Assembly: GCA_963765205.1 (NCBI GenBank)
Contig: CAVXVB010000005.1
Location: 192,001 to 256,000 of the forward strand
DNA from: an uncultured Verrucomicrobiae bacterium
Lineage (GTDB): Bacteria; Verrucomicrobiota; Verrucomicrobiia; Opitutales; JABDGR01
DNA length: 64,000 nucleotides
Reading direction: 5' to 3'
Numbering within the stretch: the first letter of the stretch is position 1; each line of letters opens with the position of its first letter. Below, piece by piece: positions 39,290 through 47,602 of the stretch. The translations under genes and the position numbers were made by a program. A model generated the notes under the pieces. That model was not told the DNA's origin. It did no database searches and saw only the letters and a list, made by a program, of their open reading frames with translations.

Positions 39290-40600
39290 CTACTCCCGCG
39301 GGGTCAGGGTGCCGAGGCCGCGGAGGGTGGCGTCGGCCAGCGCGCGGCGCTGCCAGCGGCCGGGCCAGTCGCGGTGCAGGAGTTGGTCGAGCCGGTCCGC
39401 GCCGCCGGAGATGGCGACGGTGCGCAAAATTTTCGTGCCCGTGGCCTGGAGCAGCGGCAGCCGCGCGGCGCTGGCGTGCGTGAGAGATTCAATGATGGCC
39501 GCGAGCATCTGCGCGCGCGTCGTGGCGAGAGTCAGGCCGGAAAATTCGCCCTGCCGCTGGTCAATACTCATGCGGTCGCCGGCCAGATACGGCGCGAAGC
39601 GCACCGTGCCCGCCGCCGCCGGGCCGCGGCGGCTCAACCGGCGCAACAGGGCGGGAAAATCCTTCACCGCTATCTCTGGGAAAAACTGTGCGCGCGCCCA
39701 ATAGAGCGACGAGGCTACGGCGGCGAGCGTGCTGACTTGCACCCATTTCCCCCGCACGCCGAGCGCGCGCGTGAGCAGTTGCGGGTGCGGCCGCGGCCGG
39801 TCGGTGCAGAGCGCGAGCACATCGGTCGAGCCAACCACGTTGAAAAGCCGGCCCACCTCCGCGCCGGCGAGCAGCATCCCCGCGCTGCCGTCCACGATGC
39901 CCGCCAGCATGGGCATGCCGGCGCGCAGCCCGAAGCGGCGCGCGGCTTCCGCCGTGATTTTTCCACCCACACAATCACCGTCCATAATCTCCGGCAGGAG
40001 GGCTGCGCCGACGCCGAGGTTGGCGCAGAGTTCCGCGCTCCAGCCATCGAGCGTGAGGGTTTGGTAAAGGCCGGTGAAGGACGCGTTCGAGGGGTCGGTC
40101 ACGCGCGCGCCGGTCAGTTGCCGGTGGAGAAAAGTGTTGAGGTGCCCGACGAGGTCGGCCCGGCGCAGGCGCGCGGGCTGGTGCCGCCGATACCATGCCC
40201 AGGTTGTCGAACTGATGCCGCCGGGAAACGGCCGCGCCCCGCAAAGATTCAAATGGCGTTCTTGCCCGAGGCGTTCTTCCAACTCGTGCGCCTCGGCCAC
40301 GCTGCGCCGATCCTGGTGCGTGACGATGGGCGTCAATGGCCGCCCGTGGCGGTCCATTGCGACCCAGGCCGGAGCCATGCCGGCCAGCGCGAGGGCGTCC
40401 ACTTGCTTCACGCGCGGGCCGAGGCGGGCGATGGCCTGGCGGGTGGCGCGCAGCAAATCGTCCGGGTCCACTTCGACGCGCGGGCCGTCGCAGCGCGTCG
40501 GGAAAAACACGCGGGGCGCGGCGGCGAGCACGCGCGTGCCGCGCAGCAGGCCGGCGCTGACCGAGGAGGAGCCGACGTCGAGGCCAAGCAGCATCGTCAT
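39290..40600 (-). CDS. FGGY-family carbohydrate kinase
   Basis: LGLDVGSSSV, HQDRRS, DPSNASFTGL, PYLAGDR, SGG. Confidence 0.9.
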   Translation of the reverse strand: MTMLLGLDVGSSSVSAGLLRGTRVLAAAPRVFFPTRCDGPRVEVDPDDLLRATRQAIARLGPRVKQVDALALAGMAPAWVAMDRHGRPLTPIVTHQDRRSVAEAHELEERLGQERHLNLCGARPFPGGISSTTWAWYRRHQPARLRRADLVGHLNTFLHRQLTGARVTDPSNASFTGLYQTLTLDGWSAELCANLGVGAALLPEIMDGDCVGGKITAEAARRFGLRAGMPMLAGIVDGSAGMLLAGAEVGRLFNVVGSTDVLALCTDRPRPHPQLLTRALGVRGKWVQVSTLAAVASSLYWARAQFFPEIAVKDFPALLRRLSRRGPAAAGTVRFAPYLAGDRMSIDQRQGEFSGLTLATTRAQMLAAIIESLTHASAARLPLLQATGTKILRTVAISGGADRLDQLLHRDWPGRWQRRALADATLRGLGTLTPRE

Positions 40601-40687
40601 GGCGAGGGTGGTAGCAGAGCGGGCGCAAGGCGACAATCGTTTTCGGCCTGCGGCGAACCCCGGTTGTGTTTCAAAGCTCCAGACAAT

Positions 40688-40767
40688 TCACCGCAAAGTC
40701 GCCAAGAGCGCAAAGGGGATTTTTGCATTAGAGCCACTCTTCGCGTTCTTGTCGTCTTAGCGGTGAA
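40688..40767. repeat. Degenerate 9-bp-unit hairpin (CGCAAAGnn type)
   Basis: ttcaccgcaaagtcgccaagagcgcaaag ... ttcgcgttcttgtcgtcttagcggtgaa. Confidence 0.6.
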
Positions 40768-40792
40768 CAGGCGTTGCAAAACCAGCCCTGGA

Positions 40793-41611
40793 TCACGCGG
40801 CGGGCGGATTGTTCAACAGCCGCACTTCCCGCTGCGGGAAGGGCAGCTCGATTTTCTTGGCGCGGAACTGGTCGATGACGGCTTCGTAGAGTTCGAGCTG
40901 CGCGAAGCCATAATCCGCCACGCTGACCCACGGTTGAAGGCAAAGGTTGATGGTCGAATCATTCAGCGCGGTGATGCCGACAAGCGCGGGGTGCTCCTTG
41001 AGCACGCGCGGGTTGCGGGCCAGCACCTCCCGCGCCGTCGCCACAGCGAGCGTCAAATCCGCATTGTAAGCCACGCCGACATTCAGGGTCAACTGGCGGA
41101 TCAAGCCGTAGTTGTGCAGGATCTCGCCCAGAATTTTGTGGTTGGGAATAGAGATTCGCGATTTGTCCAAGTGGACCAGCCGGGTCGAAAGCAGCTCGAT
41201 GTGCGTGACCTGGCCGGCGACGCCGAGCAACTCGATATATTCGCCGACGCGAAAGGGCTTGGTGAAAATAATCGTCAGGCCGGCAAAAAAATTGCCGAGC
41301 ACGCCCTGCATCGCCAGGCCCACACCCACGCCCGCCACGCCCAGGCCGGCAATGATGGGGTTGATGGGCACGCCGATTTGGCCCAGCGCTAACACCAGGG
41401 CCAGCACAAACACCATCAGTTTGGCGACGCGGGTGAGCAGGATGCGGATCGGCGGCTCAAGCTTCTGCTTCTCCAGCCAGCCCCCCACCACGCGGCCCAA
41501 CCGGCCAGCCAAAATTGCGCCGACTATCAAAATGATAATCGCGCCCAGAATGTCGAAGCCCTTGCTGACCAGAAAGGTGACGACGGTTTCCTCGATTTTA
41601 CTCCAGTCCAT
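40793..41611 (-). CDS. mscS: Small-conductance mechanosensitive channel
   Basis: 3 TM, GLAMQGVLGNFFAG, KPFRVGEYI, IPN, IELPFPQREV. Confidence 0.93.
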   Translation of the reverse strand: MDWSKIEETVVTFLVSKGFDILGAIIILIVGAILAGRLGRVVGGWLEKQKLEPPIRILLTRVAKLMVFVLALVLALGQIGVPINPIIAGLGVAGVGVGLAMQGVLGNFFAGLTIIFTKPFRVGEYIELLGVAGQVTHIELLSTRLVHLDKSRISIPNHKILGEILHNYGLIRQLTLNVGVAYNADLTLAVATAREVLARNPRVLKEHPALVGITALNDSTINLCLQPWVSVADYGFAQLELYEAVIDQFRAKKIELPFPQREVRLLNNPPAA

Positions 41612-41743
41612 GCGGGGTGTTTACCTGTGCACGGGCGGGCTTGTCAATGCCCCGGATGGAAAAATTGCGCGTCGTCGATAGACGGTTGCTTTTTGAAGCC
41701 GCCGGGGTAAAGTCGGCGGCTTCCTCCCCGCCCCGCCGCCCGC

Positions 41744-42922
41744 ATGAAAATCACCGAAATCCGCACGCGCGTCGTGCAGTGGAAAGGCCCGACCGTCCCG
41801 CTGCCGCCGCATTTTTGCACGAACCCGATGGACGCCGTCGCGCCGCTCCTCACGCGCGACACCATGGGCACGTTCGCCTTCCACGGCTGGCTGCTGGTCG
41901 AGATTTTCACCGACACCGGCCTCGTCGGCCTGGGCAACGCCGCGCTCGCGCCGCTGGTGACGAAGCAGGTGGTGGACTTGTATCTCACGCCGCTGCTGCT
42001 CGGCGCGGACCCGTGGGACCTCGAATTTCTCTGGCAGCACATGTATCGCAAGACGATGGCGTTCGGGCGCAAGGGCATCGGCATGGTCGCCATCAGCGCG
42101 GTGGACATCGCGCTGTGGGACTTGCTCGGCAAATCCGCGAAACAGCCGGTGTATCGCCTGCTCGGCGGGCGCACCAAGCCGCGCATCCCCGTTTACGCCA
42201 GCCGCCTTTACTCGACCCCGCTGGACGAACTCGCCGCCGAGGCCACGAAATATAAAAAGGAGGGTTACCAGGCGATGAAGCTGCGCTTCGGCTGGGGCCC
42301 GGTGGACGGCGCCGCGGGCATGGGCAAAAACGTCGCCCTCGTGCGCGTCGTGCGCGAGGCCGTCGGCCCCGACGTGGACCTCATGGCCGACGCCTACATG
42401 GGCTGGAGCCTCGACTACGCGAAACGCATGTTGCCCCTGCTCGAACCCTTCCACCTGCGTTGGCTCGAAGAACCGGTCATCCCCGACGACATCCAGGGCT
42501 ATGCGGAGCTGCGGCGTGCCGGGCTCATTCCCATCGCCGGCGGCGAGCACGAATTCACCCTCCACGGCTTCCGCGAACTGATCGAGGCGCGCGCGGTGGA
42601 CTACATCCAGTTCGACACGAACCGCGTCGGCGGCCTGACCCAGGCGCGCAAGATCGCGGCGCTGGCCGAGGCCCACTCGATCCCCGTCATCCCCCACGCC
42701 GGCCAGATGCACAACTATCACGTCGTGATGGCCAGCTTGAATTCGCCGATGGCGGAATACTTCCCCCCCGTGGACGTCGAAGTCGGCAACGAACTTTTCT
42801 GGTATATCTTCAAAGGCGAACCCGTGGCCAAGGACGGCTACATTGATTTGGACGAGAATGTGCCGGGGCTGGGCCTGACTGTGGACGAAAAGGCACTGAA
42901 GAGGTTTAAGGTAACGGGGTGA
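41744..42922 (+). CDS. Mandelate racemase-subgroup acid-sugar dehydratase (L-lyxonate/L-rhamnonate dehydratase-like)
   Basis: ISAVDIALWDLLGK, KxR (AMKLRF), metal ligands MAD / WLEEP / GEH, IPH. Confidence 0.9.
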   Translation: MKITEIRTRVVQWKGPTVPLPPHFCTNPMDAVAPLLTRDTMGTFAFHGWLLVEIFTDTGLVGLGNAALAPLVTKQVVDLYLTPLLLGADPWDLEFLWQHMYRKTMAFGRKGIGMVAISAVDIALWDLLGKSAKQPVYRLLGGRTKPRIPVYASRLYSTPLDELAAEATKYKKEGYQAMKLRFGWGPVDGAAGMGKNVALVRVVREAVGPDVDLMADAYMGWSLDYAKRMLPLLEPFHLRWLEEPVIPDDIQGYAELRRAGLIPIAGGEHEFTLHGFRELIEARAVDYIQFDTNRVGGLTQARKIAALAEAHSIPVIPHAGQMHNYHVVMASLNSPMAEYFPPVDVEVGNELFWYIFKGEPVAKDGYIDLDENVPGLGLTVDEKALKRFKVTG

Positions 42923-42948
42923 AGTGTTTTGATTGAAGAAAAAGTCCA

Positions 42949-43527
42949 CTACAAATTCCGTAAGCCGTAAAGACCATTGGTGAGTTTTTGGACATTAGGT
43001 ATTTTTTCAAGTAGTTGCTTGAATCCTTCTCTCGACGCTGAACGTTTTTGGTTTACACATAAATAAATTTCGCGGATAGTCAATGGTCTTCCCTGGGTCT
43101 TAAGCGTTTGGCAGATAATATCTTTGATGAATTCACGCTTCGACGCCTTCCCCTTTACCTGAAAGAGTTGACGGCCCAAGTCGACAAAACGACTATCTTC
43201 TTTTAGAATTTGTGCCAATTCATATTTGGTCGTCTTTCTGCCAAGATTTCCAAGCCGTTCCTCTACTAGTTCAGGCGCAGAACATGGTCTGTTTAAATCA
43301 ATGATAATTCTATAGACCTCATTACACACCGCCTTACGCTCGTCTCGACTCAGCTTCATATGCTTTTCCACCCCAAGAGCTTCCGGCTCCAGAAGATATA
43401 TTCCTTTTCTTGAATTTCGCGCAAGGAGTCTTTGAAGTCTCAACGTGCGCCAATTACCCACTTCGCTGCCAAACATAATTTTGGCCTCAGAAATAATTTC
43501 GCCAGCAGTTAACGGACGTTGGCTCAA
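42949..43527 (-). CDS. AT-rich basic hypothetical protein, possibly tandem winged-helix domains (start uncertain)
   Basis: Three similar segments (RPLTAGEII, RPCSAPELV, RPLTIREIY), each followed by a G-x-Y/F-type turn. Confidence 0.6.
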   Translation of the reverse strand: MSQRPLTAGEIISEAKIMFGSEVGNWRTLRLQRLLARNSRKGIYLLEPEALGVEKHMKLSRDERKAVCNEVYRIIIDLNRPCSAPELVEERLGNLGRKTTKYELAQILKEDSRFVDLGRQLFQVKGKASKREFIKDIICQTLKTQGRPLTIREIYLCVNQKRSASREGFKQLLEKIPNVQKLTNGLYGLRNL

Positions 43528-43624
43528 AACGAACTTTGAAAGTGGATTGTTTTGTGCTCGTATTCATGGCTGATTTTTCTCATGTTTTTGCTGAGTCGTC
43601 AAGTGTTGTCGTGCGGTTGTCCGC

Positions 43625-43649
43625 GGACGCCTCGGAGAGGCGTCCCTAC
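43625..43649 (-). repeat. GTAG-type REP element
   Basis: Reverse strand reads GTAG-GGACGCCTC-TCC-GAGGCGTCC (perfect 9-bp stem). Confidence 0.75.
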
Positions 43650-43701
43650 CGTTTTTCTATCTTGGCCTGGGCTTGAAATTAGGCAAACTGTCGCCTTCCT
43701 T

Positions 43702-44772
43702 ATGACCCACCTGATCCAACTTCAAAACGGCACGACGCGCCGTGTGGCGCTGGTTGAGGAGCCGCGGGTGCGGTTGCTCGACGAGGCGTGTGCGTCGGTA
43801 CATGCGCTGGCGTTGGCGGCGATTGCACAGGGGCGGAAATTGGCGGAGCTGGCGCGCGAGCGGGCCACGGGCGAGTGGCTCGATTACGAGCCGATTTACC
43901 GGGGCAAGTCGCCGTGGAAATTATTGCCGCCGCTCGACCATCCTAGCGAGCCGGCGCGATGCCTCGTCACCGGCACGGGGCTGACGCACCTCGGGAGCGC
44001 GAAGAACCGGAATGCGATGCACTCGGGACAACAACCAACATCCAACGTTCAACATCCAACATCGAATGACAAGCCGGTCACCGGGCCATCTGCATCCGGC
44101 CAGAAAGAATTGACCGACAGCATGAAAATGTTTCAATTGGGCGTGGAGCGGGGCAAGCCGGGGCCGGGGGCGATTGGCGCAGCGCCGGAATGGTTTTACA
44201 AGGGGAATGGGGCGATTTTGCGCGCGCACGGCGAGGCGCTGCTCGTGCCGCCGTATGCCGAGGATGGCGGCGAGGAGGCGGAGGTCGCGGGCTGCTACGT
44301 CATCGGGCCGGATGGGCGGCCGTGGCGCGTGGGCTTCGCGCTGGGCAACGAATTCTCCGACCATGTGTTCGAGAAGAAAAATTATTTGAATCTCGCCGGC
44401 TCGAAAATGCGCACCTGCGCGCTGGGGCCGGAACTGGTGGTCGCGGCGGATTTTTCCTCCGTGGCCGGCGAGGCGCAAATCGAGCGCGCGGGGAAAATCA
44501 TCTGGACGAAGGCCATCCACACCGGCGAGGCCGAGATGTGCCACAGCCTCGCGAACATCGAGCACCATCATTTCAAATTTGCGGCGCACCGCCGCCCCGG
44601 CGACGCACATGTGCATTACTTCGGCGCGGACGCGCTGAGCTTCGGCGACGGCGTGCGCCTGGCCGACGGCGACCTTATGCGCGTGCGCTACGAGGGCTTC
44701 GGCCGCGCACTGGTCAATCCAGTGAAAGTCATCCAGGCCAAAAATGAGTTGGTCGGCGTGCAGGCGCTTTGA
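43702..44772 (+). CDS. AraD1/GguC-like FAH-superfamily protein (2-keto-3-deoxy sugar-acid dehydratase-like)
   Basis: GTGLTHLGSA, PEWFYKGNG, DGGEEAE, GNEFSDH, HSLANIEHHHFK. Confidence 0.88.
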   Translation: MTHLIQLQNGTTRRVALVEEPRVRLLDEACASVHALALAAIAQGRKLAELARERATGEWLDYEPIYRGKSPWKLLPPLDHPSEPARCLVTGTGLTHLGSAKNRNAMHSGQQPTSNVQHPTSNDKPVTGPSASGQKELTDSMKMFQLGVERGKPGPGAIGAAPEWFYKGNGAILRAHGEALLVPPYAEDGGEEAEVAGCYVIGPDGRPWRVGFALGNEFSDHVFEKKNYLNLAGSKMRTCALGPELVVAADFSSVAGEAQIERAGKIIWTKAIHTGEAEMCHSLANIEHHHFKFAAHRRPGDAHVHYFGADALSFGDGVRLADGDLMRVRYEGFGRALVNPVKVIQAKNELVGVQAL

Positions 44773-44818
44773 TTGAATTAGCCGCAAAAATTGGCTCGAA
44801 TGTTGCCCCTCCACAAAA

Positions 44819-45730
44819 ATGATCAAACCCACCATCGCTTTTCTCGGCCTGGGTATCATGGGCTCCGGCATGGCGCACCGCCTGCTGGGCGCGGGCTTTC
44901 CGCTCGCCGTTTACAACCGCAATCCCGACAAGGCGAAGCCGCTGATGGCCGCGGGGGCAAAACTCGCTGCCACGCCGCGCGAGGCCGCCACGGGGGCGGA
45001 CATAATCATCACCATGGTGGCCGACGACGGGGCTGCGCGCGCCGTCTGGCTGGGCGCGGACGGCGCGCTCGCCGGCGCCCGGCGCGGCGCGGTGCTCGTC
45101 GAGAGCAGCACGGCCAGCCCGGACTGGATTGCGGAACTCGCGGCTGCGGCGGCAAAAAGCGGCTGCCCGCTGCTCGACGCGCCGGTGACGGGCACCAAGC
45201 CGCACGCGGCGGCGGGCGAGCTGGTCTTTCTCGTCGGCGGCGACGCCGCGGTGCTCGAGCAACTGCGCCCGGCGCTGGCGGCGATGAGCAAGGCGATTCT
45301 CCACTTGGGCCCGAACGGCAGCGGCGCGCTGCTCAAGCTGCTCAATAATTTTCTCTGCGGCGTGCAGGCGGTGGCGTTTGCCGAGGCGCTGGTGTTCATT
45401 GAAAACTCGGGTCTCGACCGCGCGCAGGCGCTCGACTTTTTGCTCCAGGGCAACCCGGGCAGCCCGCTGGTGAAAACGATGGCGACGCGCATGTTGGCGC
45501 GGGACTACACGCCGAATTTCGCGATGCGCCTGATGGCGAAGGACCTCGCCTACTCCGTCGCGGCGGGAAAAAACCTCTCGGTCAACCTCGCGACCGTGGC
45601 CAGCGCGCACGCTGTGCTGCAACAGGCCATCGCCGCGGGTCTGGGGGAAAAGGATTTTTCCGCCGTGGTGGAGTTGCTGCGCAAAAATAAGCGCGACGCC
45701 GTTAATCCTATCACTGCAACTGGAAATTGA
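44819..45730 (+). CDS. Beta-hydroxyacid dehydrogenase (3-hydroxyisobutyrate dehydrogenase / tartronate semialdehyde reductase family)
   Basis: FLGLGIMGSGMA, DAPVTG, KLLNN, MAKDL. Confidence 0.93.
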   Translation: MIKPTIAFLGLGIMGSGMAHRLLGAGFPLAVYNRNPDKAKPLMAAGAKLAATPREAATGADIIITMVADDGAARAVWLGADGALAGARRGAVLVESSTASPDWIAELAAAAAKSGCPLLDAPVTGTKPHAAAGELVFLVGGDAAVLEQLRPALAAMSKAILHLGPNGSGALLKLLNNFLCGVQAVAFAEALVFIENSGLDRAQALDFLLQGNPGSPLVKTMATRMLARDYTPNFAMRLMAKDLAYSVAAGKNLSVNLATVASAHAVLQQAIAAGLGEKDFSAVVELLRKNKRDAVNPITATGN

Positions 45731-46427
45731 TGGTGATTTCCGCGTGGGACGGCATCGGTGTGGCGCCCTGATAAGCCTGATTAAAGGTGCTTTGTTTCAT
45801 CGCCTCGACCGCCGCGTCATCAAGCGCCGGATAGCCGGTGCTTTTCACGATCTCCACTTTGTCGAGCGTGCCCAGTTCGTTGATGTATAAGCCCAGGGTG
45901 ACCTTTCCTTCTTGGTGCAGGCGGAGGGCGGTTCGCGGATACTCCGGCTCAACCCGCGTTCGAAACGAAGGCTGTATAACGTCAACATATTTTGAGGGCG
46001 GCGCGGCTACTGACATAGGCACGGATGAGACGGGCGCAGCCGCCGCGGCGAGAGGAGCGGAGACGGGCATTGGCGCAGGCGCGGGTTGAACCGCCGCAGG
46101 GGCGGGCGCGGGCAACGTCATCGCCTCGGGCGGCGGTGGCGGCAGGGGCAGGGGCGGCGGCTCTGGCGGTGGTGGTGGCGGCTCTTCCACGGGCGGCGGC
46201 GGTGGTTCGGGTGGCGGAATGGGCGGGGAAGGGATGGGTGGAGGGGGCGGTTCTGGCGCGGGCGCGGGTGGAATTTCCGCGGGCGGCGGCGGCGCGGCGG
46301 CCAGCGTCACTTCGAGGTATTTCTTTTCCTCCGGTGGCGTCGACGCGGGCGGCGCGGGCGCGGGGAGGCACAGCAGCACCGCCAGATGCAGCAACACCGC
46401 CACCGCGTAACAAACCGCCTGCTTCAT
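45711..46427 (-). CDS. tonB: TonB energy transducer
   Basis: N-terminal TM with His, Pro-rich spacer, PEYP...EGKV...STGYPALDDAA. Confidence 0.92.
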   Translation of the reverse strand: MKQAVCYAVAVLLHLAVLLCLPAPAPPASTPPEEKKYLEVTLAAAPPPPAEIPPAPAPEPPPPPIPSPPIPPPEPPPPPVEEPPPPPPEPPPLPLPPPPPEAMTLPAPAPAAVQPAPAPMPVSAPLAAAAAPVSSVPMSVAAPPSKYVDVIQPSFRTRVEPEYPRTALRLHQEGKVTLGLYINELGTLDKVEIVKSTGYPALDDAAVEAMKQSTFNQAYQGATPMPSHAEITINFQLQ

Positions 46428-46834
46428 TTTTTCAATTGGGTGTCAATGGCCACTTTCGTGATGCCGGCCTTCCGCAATTCGTCCAGCACGGCGACCGCCG
46501 CGCCGAAATAGGCCTGCGTGTCGCCGTTGATGAAAACCTTCGGGTCGGGCTGCGCGGCCTGCAACTGGCGCAGGCGCGCGGGCAGCTCGTCGAGGCGCAG
46601 CGGTTGCTTGTTAAAATATAAGGTGCCGTCCTTCGCGATGGTGATAGTGTTGTCCTCGGCGTGGTCTTGCGGCGCGCTGGTGGCGGCGACGGGGAGGTCG
46701 ACGGGGATGCCCTTGTTTTTCACCATCGAAAGGGAGACGATCATGAACGTCGCCAGCAGGAAGAAGATGACGTCAATGAGCGGGATGATTTCGATGCGCG
46801 CGCGCTTGTGCGGCCGGGGGGAGGGAATGTTCAT
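46424..46834 (-). CDS. exbD: ExbD
   Basis: IEIIPLIDVIFFLLATFM; ATGA overlaps on both sides. Confidence 0.93.
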   Translation of the reverse strand: MNIPSPRPHKRARIEIIPLIDVIFFLLATFMIVSLSMVKNKGIPVDLPVAATSAPQDHAEDNTITIAKDGTLYFNKQPLRLDELPARLRQLQAAQPDPKVFINGDTQAYFGAAVAVLDELRKAGITKVAIDTQLKK

Positions 46835-47460
46835 GGCGCGCCTCCGGTGGCGGGTGGTTGGTCCTCGAAGCGGTTCAGTTGCAACTCCATTTGGGTGGCG
46901 GTGTCCTGGAGGTCGTGCCGGGCCTCTTCGAGGCGGGAGTTGAGGTAGTTGAACGGGATCAGCGCGGTGATGGCGATGCCGAGGCCGAACGCGGTCGCGA
47001 GCAGGGCCTGGGCGATGCCGCCGGTGATGGCCTGCGGGGCGCTCAGTTCCTGGCCGCCAAGCAGGCCGAAGGCGCGGATCATGCCGGTGATGGTGCCGAG
47101 CAGCCCCAGCAGCGGCGCGAGCGTGATGATGGTGTCGAGCACGGCGAGGCCGCGGTTGAAGCGTTTCAGCTCCTGGTTGGCCGCGCGCAGCACGGCGCTG
47201 GCGAAGGATTCGCCGCGGTGCTCGAGCGCGTAAACGAGCGTGCGCGCGACGAAATCGCCGCTGCCCTGCCCGGCCTGGATGGCGCGCGCGGGGTCGCGGT
47301 GTTCGACGAACCGCAGCATGGCCTCGACCACCGCCGGCCGGCGGCGCGTTTGCTCGCGGATGATGAAATACGCGCGCTCCAGCACCGTGGCCACGCAGAT
47401 AATGGAGCAGAGCAGCAACGGCCACATGATCGGGCCGCCGTCTTGGAAAATTTTAATCAT
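46831..47460 (-). CDS. exbB: ExbB (MotA/TolQ/ExbB family)
   Basis: APLLGLLGTITGMI, GIAQALLATAFGL. Confidence 0.93.
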   Translation of the reverse strand: MIKIFQDGGPIMWPLLLCSIICVATVLERAYFIIREQTRRRPAVVEAMLRFVEHRDPARAIQAGQGSGDFVARTLVYALEHRGESFASAVLRAANQELKRFNRGLAVLDTIITLAPLLGLLGTITGMIRAFGLLGGQELSAPQAITGGIAQALLATAFGLGIAITALIPFNYLNSRLEEARHDLQDTATQMELQLNRFEDQPPATGGAP

Positions 47461-47602
47461 GGGAAAAGGCGTACGCAGGCCAACCTCTTTTAATGCGGTT
47501 AACTTGCATTTGGGTCAAACGATTTATATTTGCATAATACTGCCGTAATGTTTCGATGACCCGTCAAAACGCCTAAATTTCCTCTTTCAATTACCCTTAC
47601 CC

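Noticed and set aside
47461..47602. Cobalamin riboswitch or shared operator ahead of the TonB genes
   Set aside because: No B12-box or other conserved riboswitch core was recognised, and the GCA...TGC spacing differs from the site at 52814.
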